From Hypanus sabinus (lineage: Eukaryota): a DNA stretch of 64,000 nt. Location of the stretch: NCBI RefSeq assembly GCF_030144855.1, contig NC_082707.1:196664001-196728000 (forward strand), written 5' to 3'. The first letter of the stretch is position 1. The number at the start of each line of letters is the position of its first letter. The position numbers and the translations under genes were made by a program. Shown piece by piece: positions 58,988 to 64,000 of this stretch. The notes beneath the pieces are model-generated. The model saw only the letters and a list, made by a program, of their open reading frames with translations, was not told where the DNA came from and did no database searches.

Positions 58988-60158
58988 TACACTCTTGGCA
59001 TTGTACCTGTATGTAATAAAAGGCCAATTAGTGTTCTGCTGCTGCTGTAGTGTATCCACTTCAAGGTTAGATGTTCAGAGATGTTCTACTCCGCTGTTGA
59101 ACACATGGTTATTTGATTTACTGTCTCCTTCCTGTCAGCTTGAACCAATTTTGCCATTCTCCTCTGACCTCCCATTAACAAGGCATTTTCACTCATTGGA
59201 TGTTTTTATTTGTTTTTTGAACAATTCTCTGAGACTCGTGTGTGAAAATCCCAGGAGATCAGCAGTTTTTGAGATACTGAAACCATCCCATCTTGTACCA
59301 ACAATCATTCCACAGTCAATGTCACTTAGATTACATTTTTCCCCATTCTGCTATTTGGTCTGCACGACATATTCAGTTCTGAAGAAGGGTGTTGGCTTGG
59401 AACATTGACTGCTTATTTAGTTCCATAGATACTGCCAGACCTGCTGGGTTCTTCCATCATTTTATGGGTGTTGCTTTGGATTTCCAGCATCTGCAGACTT
59501 TTTCATACTTATGGTTAACTGAACCTCTTGACCATGTCTGCTTTGAGCACATCTACACAGTGGCGTCGCAGGAAAGCAGCATCTATCATCAGGGACCCCC
59601 ACCACCCAGGTCAAGCTCTCTTCTTGCTGCTGCCATCAGGAAGAAGGTACAAGAACCTTGGGGCTCACTCTACCTGGTTCAGGAATAGTTATTACCCCTC
59701 AACCATCAGGCTCTCGAACCAGTAGGGAGAATTTCATTCAACTTCACTTGTCCTATCATTGAACTATTCCTACAACCAATGGACTCACTTTCAAGGACTC
59801 TTCATCTCATGATCTCTATACTTATTGCTTATTTATCTATTATTATTATTATTATTATTTCTTTCATTTTGTTCATTTTGCAAGTTGGTTGCTTGTCTGC
59901 CCTGTTGGGTGCGGTCTTTCATTGATTCGATTATGTTCTGATGTTTCAGTGTTTGCTGAGCTTGGCAATTAGCTTGCAGTGGTTCATGGATTTACCAAGT
60001 ATGTTTGCAACAAAACAAATCTCGGGGTTATATTTGGTGACATGTATATACTTCGACAGTAAATTTACTTTGACCTTCTATGCATTCAATTTCTGCCACC
60101 TGCTTGTCTGGTTAGATATTTGTATTAACGAACCAGTGTGAAGTGGCCACTGAGTGTA
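58988..60158. mobile_element. Decayed Tc1-like non-autonomous element with nested PLE (about 59370-59505) and Rex1 3' (about 59550-60080) pieces
   Basis: Right end gtggccactgagtgta and degenerate left end tacactc. Nested repeats recognised by similarity to other copies in the window. Confidence 0.5.
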
Positions 60159-60762
60159 TATCAATCCGTCATTGCTATCCAAACAGATTACCTGGTGATC
60201 ATCAGCTGTTTGTGAGAGCTTGATATGAACAAATCTACTGTTCCAATCACTCATTCCTGACAAAATTAACAGATACTTGTTATTTTGAATATTTGAAAAA
60301 GTACAACACAAGGAAATGGGAAGCAGGATTAGTAGATCAGTAGATCCGACTTGCTCCCCCATTCAGTAATGTCACAGCTTTGTTTTATTCATTTAAGGAA
60401 TGTGTGCTTCTCTGCATCATGTGGTCAAAGACGTACTTTGATCATTGCACAATACTCAGTTGCTTTTGAGTCCAGATGATGGGTCTTGGCCCAAAACAGC
60501 AATTGTTTATTTCCCTCCAGAGCTACTGCCTGAACTGCTGATGTGCTCCAGCATTTTGGGTTTGTTGCTCTGTAGATTTGCATCTGTAGAAATCTCTTGT
60601 GCTTACAATTTCTTTTGAAACTCCACAACTGTTCTTCGTTCGATAAATGAAGCAATCCACTGCTGTATGCAGGCAATATTCAAGCGTAGGCTAATGAGTG
60701 GCATTCATGACATACTCGTCCCAAGCAAAGGCAATGTGTAACAAGAGAAAGTTGAACCACTA

Positions 60763-60929
60763 ACCCTTGATGTTTCATTGTAATATCTTCATGAAGAACC
60801 CTATCATCAACATCCTGGTGTTCACCATTGACCAGAAACTCAACTGACCCTTGATGTTTAATGGTAATGTTTTCATGAAGAACCCTATCATCAGAATCTT
60901 GGTGTTCGCCATTGACCAGAAACTCAACT
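60763..60929. repeat. 84-bp tandem duplication within an old LINE remnant
   Basis: acccttgatgttt…ccattgaccagaaactcaact at 60763 and 60847. Confidence 0.9.
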
Positions 60930-61288
60930 AGTCTAGATGTGCGTCACCATCCAGAACAAAACAGCCTATTTCATTCTACTACCTTGTATATTAATTTCTC
61001 ATACCTTGGTGCACGATACTATGAGCACCATCAAGCCAGTAAATTTCAGTTATTCTTGTAGAGTACTTGGACAGCATCTCTCAAATTCTCAACCTTTGCT
61101 GACAAGGAGAACTGGGGCAGCATGCATATAGGAGTCCTACCACCTGTAAATTCCACTCAGGCTGCACACAATACCAAATTAGCCTTTAATTGTAAACTAG
61201 GTCTAATCCTGGAACTCCCTACACAATAGCAGCTTATAAGTATTTTTTCCAAGGACTCAACAATCAGATTATAAGACATAGGAGCAGA

Positions 61289-61420
61289 NNNNNNNNNNNN
61301 NNNNNNNNNNNNNNNNNNNNNNNNNNNNNNNNNNNNNNNNNNNNNNNNNNNNNNNNNNNNNNNNNNNNNNNNNNNNNNNNNNNNNNNNNNNNNNNNNNNN
61401 NNNNNNNNNNNNNNNNNNNN
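61289..61420. other. Assembly gap (132 N)
   Basis: Run of n. Confidence 1.
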
Positions 61421-61881
61421 TGGAAAAACAAGCCAGAAGTTCTCTAAGTCAGAACAGGTACATCTGGTATTATTTAGCGTCAGTTAGTCAAACGTTTGTC
61501 TTAGTATATAGTATATATTTAACCTTTCTATGCATATAAAACTCTTAAGAAACACATGTATTTTCATCAGGGCAGGGCCTTCACATGCTCCATTGTTCTC
61601 ACTTTGTCCCGACTGTAGCCTAATGCTTTTCCAGTGACTGATGGCATTTCACCTCTTTCCGATTGCTTTATTATTTCCACTTTATTTTCAATCCTAATTG
61701 TTTTCCGAACAGAAACACTGCGGGCGGCGGGTCCCGAGTTCCGCCGGGTCGTAAAGTCTACCGCACTGAGACAGGTTAAATAAGCTCCGGAGCTCCACCG
61801 GGTCCTAAAGTCCACTGACTTGAGCATCCACATTTTAAGGGGTCCCGGAACCAGTCCCCCGTGGATAAGGAGGGCCAACTG
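61421..61881 (-). mobile_element. TcMar-Tigger/pogo remnant (TIR plus HTH N-terminus), inserted in a CR1 3' end
   Basis: TA-CAGTTGGCCCTCCTTATCCACGG terminus. RKTIRIENKVEIIKQSERGE…KALGYSR psq-type HTH. Confidence 0.75.
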
Positions 61882-62659
61882 TACTCAATGGCATGGCTTC
61901 CACAGCCATTTGTGGCAATGAATTCCATTAATTTTCTATCTTTTGTCTAAAGAATTCATGAAGATGGCTCAGCACCAAGTGCAGTTAAGGCCTGGTAATG
62001 TACTTCCATTACCAGCATTGCCCAATCCTCAATATTAATTCTTTTTAGAAAGCAGCTGAATGAGTGTTGTTTGAGTTGTCTCAGAAGATGGTGATTCTCT
62101 AAAGCTGGAGGTCAGCGCAACACTTCGTGAGATCAGGATTCAATTCCTTCTGGGGTTTGTACACTTCCCCAGGTACAGCGTGGGTTTCCTCAAAATGCTC
62201 CAGTTCTCCCTCCCCGCCCCCCCCCCCCCCACATTCCAAAGACGTACAGTTAGGGTTAGTAAGTTGTGGACTTGCTCTGTTGCTGCCTGAAGTGTGGTGA
62301 CACTTTTGGGCTGCCCATCACAGTCCTCACTGATTTGATTTGACGTAAATGACGCCCTTTGCTGTATGTTCCAGTACATGTGCCAAAAATATCCAATGTT
62401 TCTCTTCGTGTTATCTGTCCTGGAATGTTGTGAAGGCTAGGTCATTGGAGGTATTGAATGGGACTATTTATGGAGAAGGCTAATAGATTTTTTTCTGAAA
62501 GATCAGTGATTTGAGAAGCCTGAGGGAACTGAAAATGGAAGAAGAGCTGAGTCCCGAGGGAGATTAATTCTAATTGTGTTGAATGGCAGGGTAGGCTTGA
62601 GGAGCTAGGTGACCTACTCAGAATCTGGTTTAATGTCACTGGCTCATTGTGAAATTTGT

Positions 62660-63297
62660 TGTCTTTGTGTACAATAAATATATGTAATAATTAGTAGTGC
62701 AAAATAGAAATAAAGTAGTGAGGTAGAGTTCATGGGTTCAGTGTCCATTCAGAAACCTGATAGCAGAGGGGAAGAAGCTGTTCCTGAGTTGTGAGTGTGT
62801 GCCTTCAGGCTTATGTATCTCCTACCAGATGGTAGCATTGAGAACAGGGCATAACCTGGGTTATGGGGGGGGTGATCTTTAATGATGGATGCCACCTTTT
62901 GGAGGCATCGTTCATTGAAGATGTCCTGGATACTACGGAGGCTAGTGCCCATGATGGAACTGACTGAGTTTGCAACTCTCTGCAGCTTATTTTGATCCTG
63001 TGCAGTAGCAACGACCCCCCCCCCCTCCACCCCCAACCAGACGGCGATGCAGCCAGTTAAAATGCTCTCCACGGTACATCTGTAGAAATTTGTGAGTGTC
63101 TTTGGTGACATACCAATTCTTCTCAGACTCCTAATGAAACATAGCCACTGTCGTGCCTTGTTTGTAGCTGCATCAATATGTGGGGTTCAGGATGGATCCA
63201 CAGGGATGTTGACACCCAGAAACTTGAAATTGCTCATTCTTTCCTCTTCTGATTCCTTGATGAGGACTGGTGTATGTTTCCTCGTTCTACCCTTTCT
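62660..63297 (-). mobile_element. Rex1/Babar 3' fragment
   Basis: [25 protein letters not shown]. Confidence 0.85.
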
Positions 63298-64000
63298 GTG
63301 TAGAAGAAATGTCGGGAAACTATTATAGTAACAAATCAGGAGTACAAAAGGGGAAGTAAAGCAGAAGATTAATGAAAAGGTTTCTTCAAAGTAAAATTGG
63401 TAACAAATATTGCTGGCATTGTAGTTGTCAGGCATTTGCAGATGGAGGAGTTGACCTGTTCTGTCCAAGGATATTGCCTGACCGCTCGGATTTGTGTATT
63501 TGTGCTTTAAGGTTTCCATTATCTGTAATACTTTGCTTTTTGTGAAGTAGCTGGTGCTCAGTAGCCAAGAGAGCTGGTACAAGAATAAAGAAATGTGATT
63601 GAAATAAGAAACTTTTTGAGGAGGGTTGCTTTCCATTTTAAAGACTATTAGGCACATTTTTAAAATCTTGCAATAGAAAGGTGCAAGTAAAAACAAAATG
63701 CATCATTGTGACATAATGAAATGCAGTTCTGTTTTTCTCAATCTTCAAACAAAACCAGCTTGCCAAACATTCCTTCATGATTGTGGATTTTATAAACAGG
63801 TCATGAAAGCTGAATGTGCTGTAGTAAATCTTGGATTAAACTGCACCTTAACCATTTATCGTCATACTTTTTGCTTTGCCTCACACACATGCATAGGATA
63901 ATCGTAAGAAAATAAAACAATACAACACAAGTACAGGCCCTTCAGCACATGATATCAGTGCTAATCATGATGCTAAATTAAACTAAATCTGTCTTCGGCA

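Noticed and set aside
53000-64000. SETD3 coding exons or other host genes
   Set aside because: No MGKKSR-like or SET-domain peptide seen. ORFs here are TE fragments or lack recognisable homology.

Overview
Vertebrate genomic DNA, most likely a cartilaginous fish (ray-like, inferred only from the repeat families). The window holds the complete cyclin K gene (CCNK) on the minus strand. It has a CpG-rich promoter and probable non-coding exon 1 near 52.2-52.7 kb, ten coding exons (44578 to 3118) that splice in frame to a 1626-nt CDS (541 aa), and a poly(A) signal at 2201-2206. Intron 2 is a minor-spliceosome (U12, GT-AG) intron that also contains a good U2-type donor/acceptor pair. Intron 3 carries a full-length but decayed 8.7-kb Gypsy LTR retrotransposon (4-bp TSD, PBS, PPT) with a PNMA-like Gag, two zinc knuckles and a gag-pol -1 frameshift pseudoknot. 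A hAT (Buster/Charlie-type) element with an 8-bp TSD is nested inside it. The rest is a mosaic of CR1, Rex1/Babar, L1/Tx1 and Penelope-like elements (several with hammerhead-ribozyme core motifs and long hairpins), SINEs, Tc1/Tigger remnants, a solo LTR and a 132-N assembly gap. Most ORFs in the supplied track are transposon fragments or spurious. Repeat boundaries without a stated TSD are approximate, and all family assignments come from motif recognition, not database searches.
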